From the NCBI GenBank assembly GCA_048213135.1, contig PS015010.1, positions 62,001 to 126,000 of the forward strand: DNA of 64,000 bases, written 5' to 3'. Below are positions 10,263 through 21,300 of the stretch, piece after piece. Numbering within the stretch: position 1 is the stretch's first letter; every line of letters begins with the position of its first letter. The DNA comes from Reclinomonas americana ATCC 50394 (lineage: Eukaryota). Below the pieces are notes generated by a model. It had not been told where the DNA came from. It saw only the letters and a program-made list of their open reading frames with translations, and did not search any database. A program made the translations under genes and the position numbers.

Positions 10263-12611
10263 TTACAGGTCGTGCGAACGTTTTTTGAACCGTTTCCACC
10301 ATTTGCTTTTGCTGATGGCCTCGGCGGTATCTGATTTACATTTGATCTGCGCATCTACCACGGCAATGATCACCATGTTAAATATAGAACGAATTGAACT
10401 ACCCAGCTGCAATACGTGTACCGGTTTTTTCAGACCCAGTAATATGGGGCCAATTGAATCCGCACCGCCCAGTTCCTGCAACAGGTTGTAGGCAGTATTA
10501 CCCGCCGCCAGGTTGGGGAAGATGAGGGCGTTCACCTCACCGTTGAGCAGTTCGGTGAAAGGATAGTTCTCTTTCAGTATCTCTTTATTGAAGGCCAGTA
10601 TACCCTGCACCTCGCCATCGCAGATGAGGCGGGGGTCTTTTTGTTTCACGATCTCCCGGGCCTTGCGTACCAGGTTGGCTTCTTCGGAATTACTGCTGCC
10701 GAAGTTGGAGTACGAGAGCATCGCTATCCGCGGAACAATATTGAACTGCCTTATTTCTTTCGCCACCAGTAAGGTGATCTCTGCCAGTTCTTCGGCGGTG
10801 GGGTTGAAGTTAACGGTGGTATCGGCGAGGAAGATGGGGCCGCGTTTGGTGAACATGATGTACATGCCGGCGATCTTTTTCACACCTTCTTCGGTGCCGA
10901 TCACATGTATGGCGGGGCGGATGGTATCGGGGTAATTACGGCTGAGACCGCTGATCATACAATCGGCCTCTCCTGTTTCCACCAGCATACAACCGAAATG
11001 GTTACGGTCTTTCATCAGTTTGAAAGCCTCGTAGCGGTTCACACCCCTGCGTTGCCGTTTCGCGAAAAATATTTCCCCGTATTGTTTGCGTAATTCATCA
11101 TGTTTTTCATCCTGCGGGTTCAGTATGGGCATGCCGTCGAGGTCGAGACCATTTTCAGCAGCAATCTGCAGGATGCGGGCTTCATTGCCCAGCAGGATGG
11201 GGTAGCCCACACCTTCTTCCTGTACCATCTGCGCCACTTTAAGGATCTTGAGATTTTCTGCATCGGCAAATACCACGCGTTTGGGATCTTTACGGGCTTT
11301 GTTGCCCAGCACACGGCTAAGCTGGTTATCGAGACCGAGCCGTTTGTTCAGTTCCAGCACATAAGCTTCCCAGTCGATGATGGGCTGTTTGGCCACACCG
11401 CTCTCCATGGCCGCTTTGGCCACTGCAGGTGCAACGGTCGCCAGCAGGCGCGGGTCAACGGGTTTGGGAATGATATAATCCGGACCGAAGGTCAGCGTCT
11501 TTTCATTATAAGCGAGTGTAACAATATCGGGCACGGGTGTTTTGGCCAGTTCTGCCAAAGCCTTCACTGCGGCGAGTTTCATCTCTTCATTGATCTGCGT
11601 GGCCCTTACGTCGAGTGCGCCGCGGAAGATATACGGGAACCCGAGTACATTATTCACCTGGTTGGGATAATCGCTCCGGCCGGTAGCCATAATGATGTCT
11701 TTGCGTGCGGCTACGGCGGTTTCATAAGCGATCTCGGGATCGGGGTTGGCCATGGCAAAAACGATAGGGTTGCGGGCCATGGATTTGATCATGTCCGCAG
11801 AAACCACGTTACCCACACTCAGGCCAATGAATACATCGGCGTCTTTCATCGCTTTGGCCAGGTTATAATCCTTGTATTTGGCATCAACGGTAAAAGGCAT
11901 TTTCAGCTCTTCAATATCCTTCCTGCCGGTATGCAATATGCCATCTTTGTCAAACAGCATGAAGTTGGCTGGTTTGGCACCCAGTGATACATACAGCTGG
12001 ATGCAGGCCATGGCCGCGGCTCCCGCGCCACTCACCACAAATTTCACCCGTTCAATCTTTTTCTTTTGCAGTATGAGGGCATTCAGCAATGCCGCGGAAC
12101 TGATGATGGCTGTGCCATGCTGATCGTCATGCATAACGGGAATGTTACACTGTTTCTTCAGTTCCTGCTCTATATAAAAACATTCTGGGGCTTTGATGTC
12201 TTCGAGGTTGATACCGCCGAAAGTAGGCTCCAGCGATTTTACGATCTGCACGAATTTCACCGGGTCGGTTTCGTTGATCTCGATATCAAAAACATCGATG
12301 TCGGCAAATATCTTGAATAACACCCCTTTTCCTTCCATCACGGGCTTGCTGGCTTCGGGGCCTATATTCCCCAAACCGAGTACGGCCGTGCCATTGCTGA
12401 TCACGCCTACGAGGTTGCCCTTGGCGGTATACTTATATACATCTTCGGGGTGTGCGGCGATCTCCAGGCAGGGCACAGCAACGCCGGGAGAATAGGCGAG
12501 GGAAAGGTCACGTTGTGTTTTAGCCTCTTTGGTAGGTACAACTTCGATTTTGCCAGGGCGTCCCTTGGAGTGGTATTCTAAAGCCTGTTGTTTGCGTAGG
12601 TCTTTTGCCAT
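10263..12611 (-). CDS. maeB: NADP-dependent malic enzyme with C-terminal PTA-like domain
   Basis: [49 protein letters not shown] in the PTA-like domain. Confidence 0.96.
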   Translation of the reverse strand: MAKDLRKQQALEYHSKGRPGKIEVVPTKEAKTQRDLSLAYSPGVAVPCLEIAAHPEDVYKYTAKGNLVGVISNGTAVLGLGNIGPEASKPVMEGKGVLFKIFADIDVFDIEINETDPVKFVQIVKSLEPTFGGINLEDIKAPECFYIEQELKKQCNIPVMHDDQHGTAIISSAALLNALILQKKKIERVKFVVSGAGAAAMACIQLYVSLGAKPANFMLFDKDGILHTGRKDIEELKMPFTVDAKYKDYNLAKAMKDADVFIGLSVGNVVSADMIKSMARNPIVFAMANPDPEIAYETAVAARKDIIMATGRSDYPNQVNNVLGFPYIFRGALDVRATQINEEMKLAAVKALAELAKTPVPDIVTLAYNEKTLTFGPDYIIPKPVDPRLLATVAPAVAKAAMESGVAKQPIIDWEAYVLELNKRLGLDNQLSRVLGNKARKDPKRVVFADAENLKILKVAQMVQEEGVGYPILLGNEARILQIAAENGLDLDGMPILNPQDEKHDELRKQYGEIFFAKRQRRGVNRYEAFKLMKDRNHFGCMLVETGEADCMISGLSRNYPDTIRPAIHVIGTEEGVKKIAGMYIMFTKRGPIFLADTTVNFNPTAEELAEITLLVAKEIRQFNIVPRIAMLSYSNFGSSNSEEANLVRKAREIVKQKDPRLICDGEVQGILAFNKEILKENYPFTELLNGEVNALIFPNLAAGNTAYNLLQELGGADSIGPILLGLKKPVHVLQLGSSIRSIFNMVIIAVVDAQIKCKSDTAEAISKSKWWKRFKKRSHDL

Positions 12612-12793
12612 AACTGGTGCTTATGCATGAAGGGTTCAATACACGGGCCATACTGATGATGTGCCCCTCATATCCAAACCCGGACCAGCCGGAAGGATAC
12701 CGGCCTGACCCTGTTCCCGCAGTCATATACAGATCGTATGTCATGTATACCAGTACTAACGGGTATGCAATTTACAATATTACGGTCAGACGG

Positions 12794-13288
12794 CTATGCC
12801 CGGGTATTATTCTTAACCCGGAAGCCCCAGGTGATGCTGAAGCGGGCCACCAATTCCCCGTTTTCGTTCACCCCTTCGGATATGGCGGTAATGCTGGTAC
12901 TTTCGCCGCTCCGGATGGCTTTTTCAACGGCTTCGCGTATGCGCAGCCCGTCGTTACATGTGAAACGGGTGACGCCGGTGGCTTTTTTCATGAATTCGCC
13001 TTCGGTCTTTATCACCAGCATACTTACCGCGGGATCCCTTTTATAAATATGCGCCATGGCCAGCACACCCGTAGTGAGTTCGGCCGCCATGCTCAGGCAG
13101 GCGAAATAGGTGCTTTTGAAAGGATTCTGGCTGAACCATTTGAAGGGAACGGTAGCCACGCATTTTTCTTCACCGGCTTCCTTCACCTTTACGCCGCTGA
13201 AAAAAGCAGCGGGTAATTTGGACAACAGGAAAAGGCGGAATTTCAGCGGGCTGTTGACAAGCCGGAAAAAAGAAGCGGTATTGCTCAT
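12794..13288 (-). CDS. DUF4442 / hotdog-fold thioesterase-like protein
   Basis: KLPAAFFSGVKV, WFSQNPFKSTYFACLSMAAEL; start placed at MSNTASF because the upstream extension lies in a repeat. Confidence 0.8.
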   Translation of the reverse strand: MSNTASFFRLVNSPLKFRLFLLSKLPAAFFSGVKVKEAGEEKCVATVPFKWFSQNPFKSTYFACLSMAAELTTGVLAMAHIYKRDPAVSMLVIKTEGEFMKKATGVTRFTCNDGLRIREAVEKAIRSGESTSITAISEGVNENGELVARFSITWGFRVKNNTRA

Positions 13289-13298
13289 GAGGAAAATA

Positions 13299-13562
13299 TT
13301 TGTTGACCGGCATTGGTATTTCGAGGCCCCGAATGTTTTCGGGATTGTGTCACTCACTTGTACGGCATCACATTATTCATCATCCTGCCACCCACCATGC
13401 GTTCCTCCGGAACGCATCCACACCGCCACGGCGTGTGGTCTACCCACCAGATGTTCCTACGGAACAGGTTATCCGCACATTTTCAAATTCGCACATTCGC
13501 ATATCCTTTCATCATCACATTTTCAAATCATCAAATCTTCAAATTTGCACATCCGCACATTC
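13299..13562. repeat. Composite REP-like dispersed repeat, copy 1
   Basis: Reverse-complement similar to 37541-37760; GTTCCTCCGGAAC and GTTCCTACGGAAC hairpins; 8-mer array tail. Confidence 0.85.
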
Positions 13563-13564
13563 AT

Positions 13565-14062
13565 TCATCGTTTATCTCCATACGACATCGGGTCCAGTGC
13601 TTTGGGTGACCACATTTCCAGGAAGGCCTGCACTTTTTGTTTGTTGTAACTTTTCTTGCCATCTTCCAGGTATTCGCTGTTCTGGGTATGGATGCGGTTG
13701 CCCTTGCTGTCGAGGATGATGAATACGGGGAAACCGAAGCGGTGGGCATAACCGTACTTCGCGAATATTTTTTTGTTCTCGTTCTCTTTGCTGTAGTTAA
13801 GATGATACCACACAAAAGAAGCTTTTATTACAGAATCGATAGCGGGATCGGCTTGTGCGAAACGTGCAAACTCGATACACCAGCTGCACCAGTTGCCACC
13901 GCCCTGTATCAGTACAAATTTATGTTCTGCTTTGGCTTTGGCCACCGCCGCGGCGATGTCTTTTTCCGCGTTGGCATTAGGATGATATAAGGTCGCTGCT
14001 TCCTGTGCGAAAGCGAAGGCACCTATGAAAAAACTTATGGTAATGAGGATAATCTTTTTCAT
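13565..14062 (-). CDS. Exported thioredoxin-fold protein
   Basis: Signal peptide ending A-Q, GGNWCSWC motif, GFPVF cis-Pro loop. Confidence 0.88.
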   Translation of the reverse strand: MKKIILITISFFIGAFAFAQEAATLYHPNANAEKDIAAAVAKAKAEHKFVLIQGGGNWCSWCIEFARFAQADPAIDSVIKASFVWYHLNYSKENENKKIFAKYGYAHRFGFPVFIILDSKGNRIHTQNSEYLEDGKKSYNKQKVQAFLEMWSPKALDPMSYGDKR

Positions 14063-14087
14063 AAAAAATCTTAAATCTTTGATCGTA

Positions 14088-15665
14088 TTATTTATTTACT
14101 TCCACCACGCTGACTACAGCTCTCTGCTGCGGGTTATCGGCCCTGAAATTAATGGTACCGCCGTTACCCGCTGTATAGCGAACATTTCCCTGTGCCGCAC
14201 CGTTCAGCGCTTCCATTACTTTACCGCCAAATGATGCCTGCGTGCTTTTGGATATAGCGGTATTGGTGGCATACCAGTCGATGGGTTGTTTGGTTACCAC
14301 AATGGCGAACACATCCTTTGTGCCTACGTTGTCGGGTACCAGGCTCTTTCCACGGGGGAAGAGACGGTAACCGGTAATACCGCAGTAAGGAGAGAAGGCT
14401 GTTTTTGTGGGGTCAGCTTTTTCAGGATAAGGGAACAGCGTATAACTGCTGCCATCGGTCTCCTGCCCGAAAATATAAATATTGCACTCGGTAGAGTTCC
14501 TGATCTCCATTTTGAATTTGGTACCGGGCGCTACTTTATTCACGCTTTCAAACACATTGTTGCCGGCCAGCCGCAGGGGTATATATTGTTTGCTGTCGTT
14601 GGCTACCAGGCCTACATTGCACTCAAATGAAACATTCAGCGCCGCGCCGCGTTTGGGCATGGGGTCAATACCATAGGCTTCGCGAACGAATTCTTTAAAG
14701 TCGGCATAGCGTACCCAGGCCACACCATTCTTACCCCACTCTGGCCCCCAACTGTTCATGATCTGGAAGGCCTGTTTCCTGTCGTCGTAGCCAATCACGC
14801 ACATAGCGTGACCGCCAAAGCCCATCTGGCTGCGGTCTTCGCCGGTAGGGTTCCACATCTCCTGGCCCATCATGCCCTGCATAAAGCTGCCTCCTACCAT
14901 CATACCAATTACTACCGGCGCATCTTTGGCAAGGTGTTCCTTAATGGCCCGTATGTTGATGCCGTTCACATCCTCGCCGTCGGTGAGACGGGTAAATCCG
15001 TGCATTTTATTTTGTGCCGCTTCATTCCACAATGCCTGGCTGGCTCCGCGGCTGCAATCATTTTCATCATAAGGAAAATCATTGTAAGCCACCACACCTT
15101 TATTGGTCATGAACTCCATGGCCTTTTGTATATAGGAACCCTGGCAATCTTCCAGGCCTATCTGGTTGTACACAAAAGCGGGGCTGTAGGCGGTACTATT
15201 GCCAGCCTGCCCGGTAGATGCTGCTTCCACAATGGTACGGGCGGCATACACGCTGCTCCACGCCACGCAACTGCCCTGTTTGCCCTGGTTCTGCCTTTCT
15301 GGTGCAAAACGCAGCAGTGATACACTTTCCGGTAAAGGGTTCTTGGTATTGTCGTCGGCCAGGCCTTCATATACGCTGGCTTTTTTAAACTCCTGGGGGT
15401 TGAAGTTGTACCCGCTTTGTGAGAACAGGCTGGGCACATTGTTCATGATATTGCTGCAGCCTACTTTTTTCACCAGGAAATAGCCACCCACGGCCAGTAT
15501 CAGCAGCAAAATGCCGCCTTTACCGCCACGGAACAAACTGAGCAGCAGGGGTAAGAAATTGAGTAATCCGCCACCGCCGGTGGAACCGCCACCACCTCCT
15601 CCGCCACTGTTACTGTCATCAAAGTCCGGCTGATCCTGCGGATCATCTTCCATACGTATGGGCAT
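14088..15665 (-). CDS. Membrane-anchored papain-family (C1) cysteine peptidase with DUF4384-like C-terminal domain
   Basis: QGKQGSCVAW (Gln/Cys), GGHAMCVIGYDD (His), MNSWG (Asn); Gly-rich N-terminus plus TM segment. Confidence 0.88.
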   Translation of the reverse strand: MPIRMEDDPQDQPDFDDSNSGGGGGGGSTGGGGLLNFLPLLLSLFRGGKGGILLLILAVGGYFLVKKVGCSNIMNNVPSLFSQSGYNFNPQEFKKASVYEGLADDNTKNPLPESVSLLRFAPERQNQGKQGSCVAWSSVYAARTIVEAASTGQAGNSTAYSPAFVYNQIGLEDCQGSYIQKAMEFMTNKGVVAYNDFPYDENDCSRGASQALWNEAAQNKMHGFTRLTDGEDVNGINIRAIKEHLAKDAPVVIGMMVGGSFMQGMMGQEMWNPTGEDRSQMGFGGHAMCVIGYDDRKQAFQIMNSWGPEWGKNGVAWVRYADFKEFVREAYGIDPMPKRGAALNVSFECNVGLVANDSKQYIPLRLAGNNVFESVNKVAPGTKFKMEIRNSTECNIYIFGQETDGSSYTLFPYPEKADPTKTAFSPYCGITGYRLFPRGKSLVPDNVGTKDVFAIVVTKQPIDWYATNTAISKSTQASFGGKVMEALNGAAQGNVRYTAGNGGTINFRADNPQQRAVVSVVEVNK

Positions 15666-15761
15666 ATGCTTAGATTTTAGGAGTTAAAAGTAATGGGAAA
15701 AATCAAAAGTTAAAATGAAAAAATAAAAACCTGTACAAGCGACGAACCTGCCCGGGGCGAG

Positions 15762-18143
15762 CTACTTCTCCTTCTCCAGTATCTCAAAACTCCTCGACAC
15801 CGAAACCCCGTTATCGTCTACGAGTGTCAGTACATGTTTTCCCGGCGCCGGGTTAACGGCTACCTGGTGAAACTTTTCGGTGGTTTGTATGAACTGGTCA
15901 TCGATACTCCAGAAAATTTTAGCGGTGGCATTGCTGTGTGCGGCGGTGAAAATGGTCTTGCCTCTTTCACCGCTGACCTCAACAGGTACATAGATCCTGG
16001 CGTCGGGTTGCGGGTAAATGATCTCGATGGTCTTGCCGGAGCCACCGTCGCTGCAGCCGGGTTTAAAAGGCGGCAGCAGGGCATAGTCGGCATTGCGTTG
16101 TTTGTAATAGAACTCCATGGCTGGCGACAATACAAACCAGCTGCGGTGCTGCATTTGCGATGGATTTTCACAAGCTTCATTCACCCGGTAGTTGCCGGTG
16201 GCATCAAGATGAATACGTTTGTGATAAGGACAAAGCGGTGAGCGTCCTCCATTGGGCGGCATATACAATGTATCCACATCAGGGCAGTCGATATTGGCAC
16301 GGAAGCCACTCTGGCGGCACACAGGCAGGTAAGTAAAATGTGATGCGGGACGTTCAAACCATTTGCCGGCGGGCAACAAGCGGAAGATGTCGAAGAGGAT
16401 AGGAGCGGCTGTCTGAACCCCTACCAGCCCGGGGCGCCCTTCGCCATCGGTATTGCCGGTCCATACCGCCACTACATAACGGGGTGTTACGCCAATGGCC
16501 CATCCGTCGCGAAAACCAAAGCTGGTGCCGGTTTTCCAGGCGATCTGCTGCGAGGAGCTGAACTGCTGCCACAGGCCTTCTTCGCCGGGGCGCATCACTT
16601 CCTGCATGGCCTGGAAAGTGAAATAAATCGATACGAGGTCAAGCGGAATAAGGGTTGATGTTTTCTTATGTTTTATGGTGGTATAATAGGGCGGGTGAAA
16701 ATCCGCGGGATCGGTCTTACCGTCATTTTTCTTTTGATGATTGAGTGAACGGGCCATGGAAGCGTACAGCCCGGCAAGGTCCCACATGGTCACTTCACAA
16801 CCACCAAGGATGAGACTGAGTCCATAGGTGTCGGCACTGCGGTTGAGGGTGCTGATACCGCATTGCTGCAGGGTTTCATAAAAACGCTGGTACTTGTATT
16901 GCTGCAGAATTTTTACAGCGGGTACATTCAGGCTGCGGGCGAGGGCCCTGCCTGCGGGTACGGCACCATCGTAGCCAAGGTCAAAATTCTTGGGGGCATA
17001 GCTGCCGATCTGCGTGGGGATATCAGGCACCAGGCTGTTGGGTAATACCTGTCCGTCGCTGAGTGCTGCGGCGTACAATACCGGTTTGAGCGTACTTCCC
17101 GGGCTGCGGGGTGCGGCAATCACGTCCACATCGCTTTCCATTTCCTTATCCTTTGGCAGGTAAATGTTGCCGGCATAAGCGAGGGTATTACCGGTCTCCA
17201 CATCAAGTACGAGTGCGCAGGCATTATTGATGCCATTGCCTTTGAGTACGGACTGGTGCTGTGCAATGATGCGGCTTACATTTTTCTGCAGCTCCATACT
17301 GATGGTGGTGGAAACGCGGGTAGGCTTCCCTGTTATACTGTTTTCTTTCCTGAACCGCTGCAGTAAATGCGGCGCCAGTTGAGGTAGTCGCAAAGGTTCA
17401 CCGGGCAAAGGTTCCAGCTTGGCGAGGTCGCAGGTGCTTTTGTCGATCTTGCCGGTTGCGAAAAGGTTATCGAGCAGGGTATTCCTTTTTTTCAGCAGCA
17501 CATCCCTGTTTTTACCGGGGTGTACCAGTGCGGGGGCATTGGGCAGTACGGCCAGCGCAGCCATTTCACCCCAACTGAGTTGTGAAGGTTTGCGGCCGTA
17601 GTAGCGCCATGACGCAGCATCGAGGCCCACAACATTACTGCCGAAGGGCGCATTGCTGGCATAGAGCGCCAGTATCTCTTTTTTGGAATAAGAGAGTTCC
17701 AACCGGAGGGCGAGTATGCTTTCCCTGAGTTTGTTCCAGATACTGCGGCGGTCATCTTTCTTCGACAGGCGGATTACCTGCATGGTAATGGTACTGCCGC
17801 CCTGCACTACCGCGCCGTTCTTAATGTTTTTGGCCAATGCTCTTCCAATGGCGGCTGGATCAACACCGGGATGTTTAAAAAAACGCCTGTCCTCGAAAGT
17901 AGTGATGCAGTCAATAAATTTTTGTGGTACACTGTCGTTGTAAGGAAAGCGCCATTGCCCGTCTTCTGCAATGCCGGCATTGAGCAGGTTGCCGTCTGCG
18001 TCTTCAATGACATAGCTGGTAGGAGCGTTGAATAATTTTTTGGGAAGACAAAGCCAGAACCAGGTGATGAGTCCCAAAAGAATGGCGAGCTTAACCCAGG
18101 TTTTTAAAGTGAAGCGGGATGATATGTTGCTGAAGAAAGACAA
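15762..18143 (-). CDS. pbpC: Penicillin-binding protein 1C
   Basis: EDRRFFKHPGVD and GGSTITMQ transglycosylase motifs; STLK, SLN and KTG transpeptidase motifs; BiPBP_C-like tail; follows an A2M gene; TTG start. Confidence 0.93.
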   Translation of the reverse strand: MSFFSNISSRFTLKTWVKLAILLGLITWFWLCLPKKLFNAPTSYVIEDADGNLLNAGIAEDGQWRFPYNDSVPQKFIDCITTFEDRRFFKHPGVDPAAIGRALAKNIKNGAVVQGGSTITMQVIRLSKKDDRRSIWNKLRESILALRLELSYSKKEILALYASNAPFGSNVVGLDAASWRYYGRKPSQLSWGEMAALAVLPNAPALVHPGKNRDVLLKKRNTLLDNLFATGKIDKSTCDLAKLEPLPGEPLRLPQLAPHLLQRFRKENSITGKPTRVSTTISMELQKNVSRIIAQHQSVLKGNGINNACALVLDVETGNTLAYAGNIYLPKDKEMESDVDVIAAPRSPGSTLKPVLYAAALSDGQVLPNSLVPDIPTQIGSYAPKNFDLGYDGAVPAGRALARSLNVPAVKILQQYKYQRFYETLQQCGISTLNRSADTYGLSLILGGCEVTMWDLAGLYASMARSLNHQKKNDGKTDPADFHPPYYTTIKHKKTSTLIPLDLVSIYFTFQAMQEVMRPGEEGLWQQFSSSQQIAWKTGTSFGFRDGWAIGVTPRYVVAVWTGNTDGEGRPGLVGVQTAAPILFDIFRLLPAGKWFERPASHFTYLPVCRQSGFRANIDCPDVDTLYMPPNGGRSPLCPYHKRIHLDATGNYRVNEACENPSQMQHRSWFVLSPAMEFYYKQRNADYALLPPFKPGCSDGGSGKTIEIIYPQPDARIYVPVEVSGERGKTIFTAAHSNATAKIFWSIDDQFIQTTEKFHQVAVNPAPGKHVLTLVDDNGVSVSRSFEILEKEK

Positions 18144-18280
18144 TTCAAAAGTAAAAATTAAAAGTCAAAAGGTGTATACGTGGTTACTGAACTAAAGATT
18201 GTTTACCTGCTGAACAAAGATATGCGGATGAAGGGATTGCGATGCAACGATGATGCTATGGAATACCGGGGCTGGTATTT

Positions 18281-18318
18281 AAAAAAATCCCCGGCTGGTC
18301 AGCATGACCGGCCGGGGA
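18281..18318 (-). terminator. Intrinsic terminator between A2M gene and pbpC
   Basis: TCCCCGGCTGGTCA/TGACCGGCCGGGGA stem with T tract on the minus strand. Confidence 0.8.
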
Positions 18319-18327
18319 ATGGTATGA

Positions 18328-21300
18328 CTACGGCGCAGTTACTTCTACCCAGCGCCCATTGACACCGGCACTGATGCTGTTGTCGTACATGGCTTCGGCG
18401 AATGTGCCGGGCAGGAAATAGCGGCCGAGATAAGCGGCGTTGAGCTGTACATAATAAGTAACGCTTTCTCCGGCGCTTATGTTGAAGTAGGTGTATACCC
18501 GGTCGTCGCGGATGTCCTGGTAGGTGGAGGAAGAGGACTTGAAAGCGCCTTCACCATCAAACATACGGGCATTGAGTATCTCCCATCCGCTTGGGAATAT
18601 CTGTGACAAAGCCATCTGCGAATAATAACCGCGTTTACCCGGGTTCGTTAGTGTTACTTTAGCGACGAAATCACTGCCCTGTGCCAGTTTGCTGATGTCG
18701 ACAGGACTGCCATTGGCATTGATATAACTTACTGTCATACCCAGTGTGCCCGGGTTATTGTGCACACTGAGGCTATCCCCGGCAAGAGGCTGTCCCTGCG
18801 TAACAAGCCTTACGTACAATGTATTACTGCCTTTATTGGTGATGACCACGTTGCTGCCGTTACTGCTGGTAAATACCACCGGCATTTGTTTCAGGTAAGT
18901 GGCGGTTACGATGTCGGTTGATTTGCCACCGATATTGCTGTTGGCCATGATCTTGGCACCGCTGGGGTTCTTACCGCAGTATTTGGCTATCGCTATTAAC
19001 GCGTAGGCGGTGGTTTGCGTACTGTACCAGCTCTCCTGAGACAGTTGCGCTGCTATACTGGTGAGCAGTTCTGCCGCTTTGTTGCGTTTACCCATTAGCG
19101 TTAGTGTCTCCAGCACCATGGCCTGGTCACGCAGGCTGGAGCCGAAAGTGATGCCCGGGGATGGCCGCTGATCGAAAGTGGCGGGGAGGCCGTTGATTAG
19201 ATTAACGGCGGTATTGGCTTGCCCCGCTAACTGGTAAGTAGCCGCGAGCCGCCATTTGGCTTCAGGTGATATGTATTTGAATTCTTTTAAACGGTTCATA
19301 GCGCCAAGTTCAGGCGACTTCAGCAAAGCCAGTGTATACAAACGGTACGACTGTGTAAGGTCACCCCCATAGAAATTGGTAGTGGAAGGCACCCAGCTGT
19401 TGGCTTTGCCGCGCTGGAAATTCTTGAACTGCTGCATCATGTAATCACTTACCGTATAACCGGCTGCCTGCGCTTCGGCGAGGAAGTGACCGGCATAGTT
19501 GGTGCCCCATTCATCAGATTCATTCAAACCCGGCCAGTAACTGAAACCGCCGTCGGGCCGCTGGAAGTTCTGCAGTTTGGCGATGGCAGCCCGAATGTTG
19601 CGGTCCACCTGCGCTTTGCGGGCTTCGTCAAGATCGGTGAGCTGGTTCAGCACCAGTTGCGGGAACACGGAAGAGCAGGTTTGCTCAATACAACCATGCG
19701 GGTACTGGATAAGGTAGTTCAGCCGTTTCTGTAAATTCATTGATGGGATGCTGGATATTTCCACCATGGCGGAACTGTTGGCAGGCACGCCAATGGGAGC
19801 TGCGGTGGTACGCCATTGTTGCCCGGGCGCCAGTACCATTTCCGTTACGGAGGTTACCGGCGGGTTGGGATTGCGGATGTCCAGTTCCACTTCATAATCG
19901 GCTTTTTCAGAGCCGCTGCTGGCCAATATTTTTACTTTGCCAATGCCTGTGGCAGGTTTTACCCTTACATCAAAATACACCATGGTTTCGCCGGGTTGCG
20001 CAAAGTTCACCTGCTGGGTACTGCTGCCCACCACTTCCAGGAAGGGGTTCGACTGCAGGGATACTTTTACATTCTTCACATTGTTCTCCATGGCGAACAC
20101 GGTTACGGGGAGTTTGATCGTTTCCGTTGGACCGAGCACCCTCGGTACAGTAGCGAGGAGCATCAGCGGCTTTTTAACCGCAACGGCTTTCTCTGTAAAA
20201 CCATAACTGCCTTCGTGTGCGGCTACCACCATGGCCCTTACGGAACCGATATAGGACGGCAGTGTGAAGGATTGTTTCTGTGTTTGTCCTTTATTGAGGT
20301 GGAAAGGCCCGAGGTATTTTACAACGGGTTTAAAACGGTTGGCGGTTTTTTGTTTTACCGGTCCGGCTTCGGCATCACCACCAATGGTGAGTATGCGTTC
20401 CAGGTCGCCGCCCCACGCACCGATCACGTAATCGAACATATCGAAACTTTTCACACCCAGTGCTTCGCGTGCATAGAAGGCGTCGTAAGGGTTGGGTGTT
20501 TTGAAACGCGTCAGGTCAAGCAGGCCTTCATCCACAATAGCTACGCAGTACGTCATTTCCTTACCCTGCTGTTCACTAACGGTAAAGGATACGTTCTGTT
20601 CGGGCCGTATGCTCGACGCCATATTGAGTACAGGGTTGAGCCTGGTATTTTTGTCTTCTATAAATAAAGGGATGGAACCGTACATGCGAATGGGCAGGTC
20701 GTTGATTGTTTGCGCATGTGGCTGCATTAAACTTACCGTCGCGTAAATATTGGGTGCCATGCCGGTTTCGGCTTTGAACTTCACGAGGGTCTGTCCCTGC
20801 TTGGTTTCCTGCCAGAAGGAGCGGATCACTTTGCTGCCCGATTCCAGGCTTACCAGCACACGTCCGCCGCTGCTGCTGGGTATGGTAAGTGTTACTTCTT
20901 CGCCTACATTGTATTTTTCTTTGGAAGAAGTGAAAGACAGCATGGAAGCGGCTGTCTGGTCATCACCACCGCCACGGCTCTGCCAGCCGGGTTCATCGAT
21001 ATAGAAAATGGAACCGGAGGTATGACCGCTCTTCAGGTCTTTTACTAAAATGAGGTAACGGCCCCATTCGGATTCTGAAGTACCAAACTGCCACTGTCCG
21101 CGACCGTTAGTAAGGTGTACGGTTTCTTTTTTAAGGAGTTTGTTGTATTCGTCCTGTGTGAAATTGCTGAGGCTGCCGCCGTTATTGTCCCACCACCAGC
21201 GCCATTGTATGCGGTAGAATTGCACTTCCACGTCGTTGTTGCCGGCGATGAGGTTACCACGGCTGTCTACATTTACGAGTTGCACGGTATGGTTCTTTCC

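Noticed and set aside
12680-12712. SRP RNA-like CCGGAAGGA motif
   Set aside because: Lacks the following AGCA of the SRP domain IV loop; treated as part of the maeB leader instead.
13110-13719. Overlapping His/Ser-rich ORFs
   Set aside because: Translations of the composite repeat and antisense overlaps of real genes.
15570-15606. CCACCG-like repeats
   Set aside because: They encode the poly-Gly linker of the C1 peptidase.
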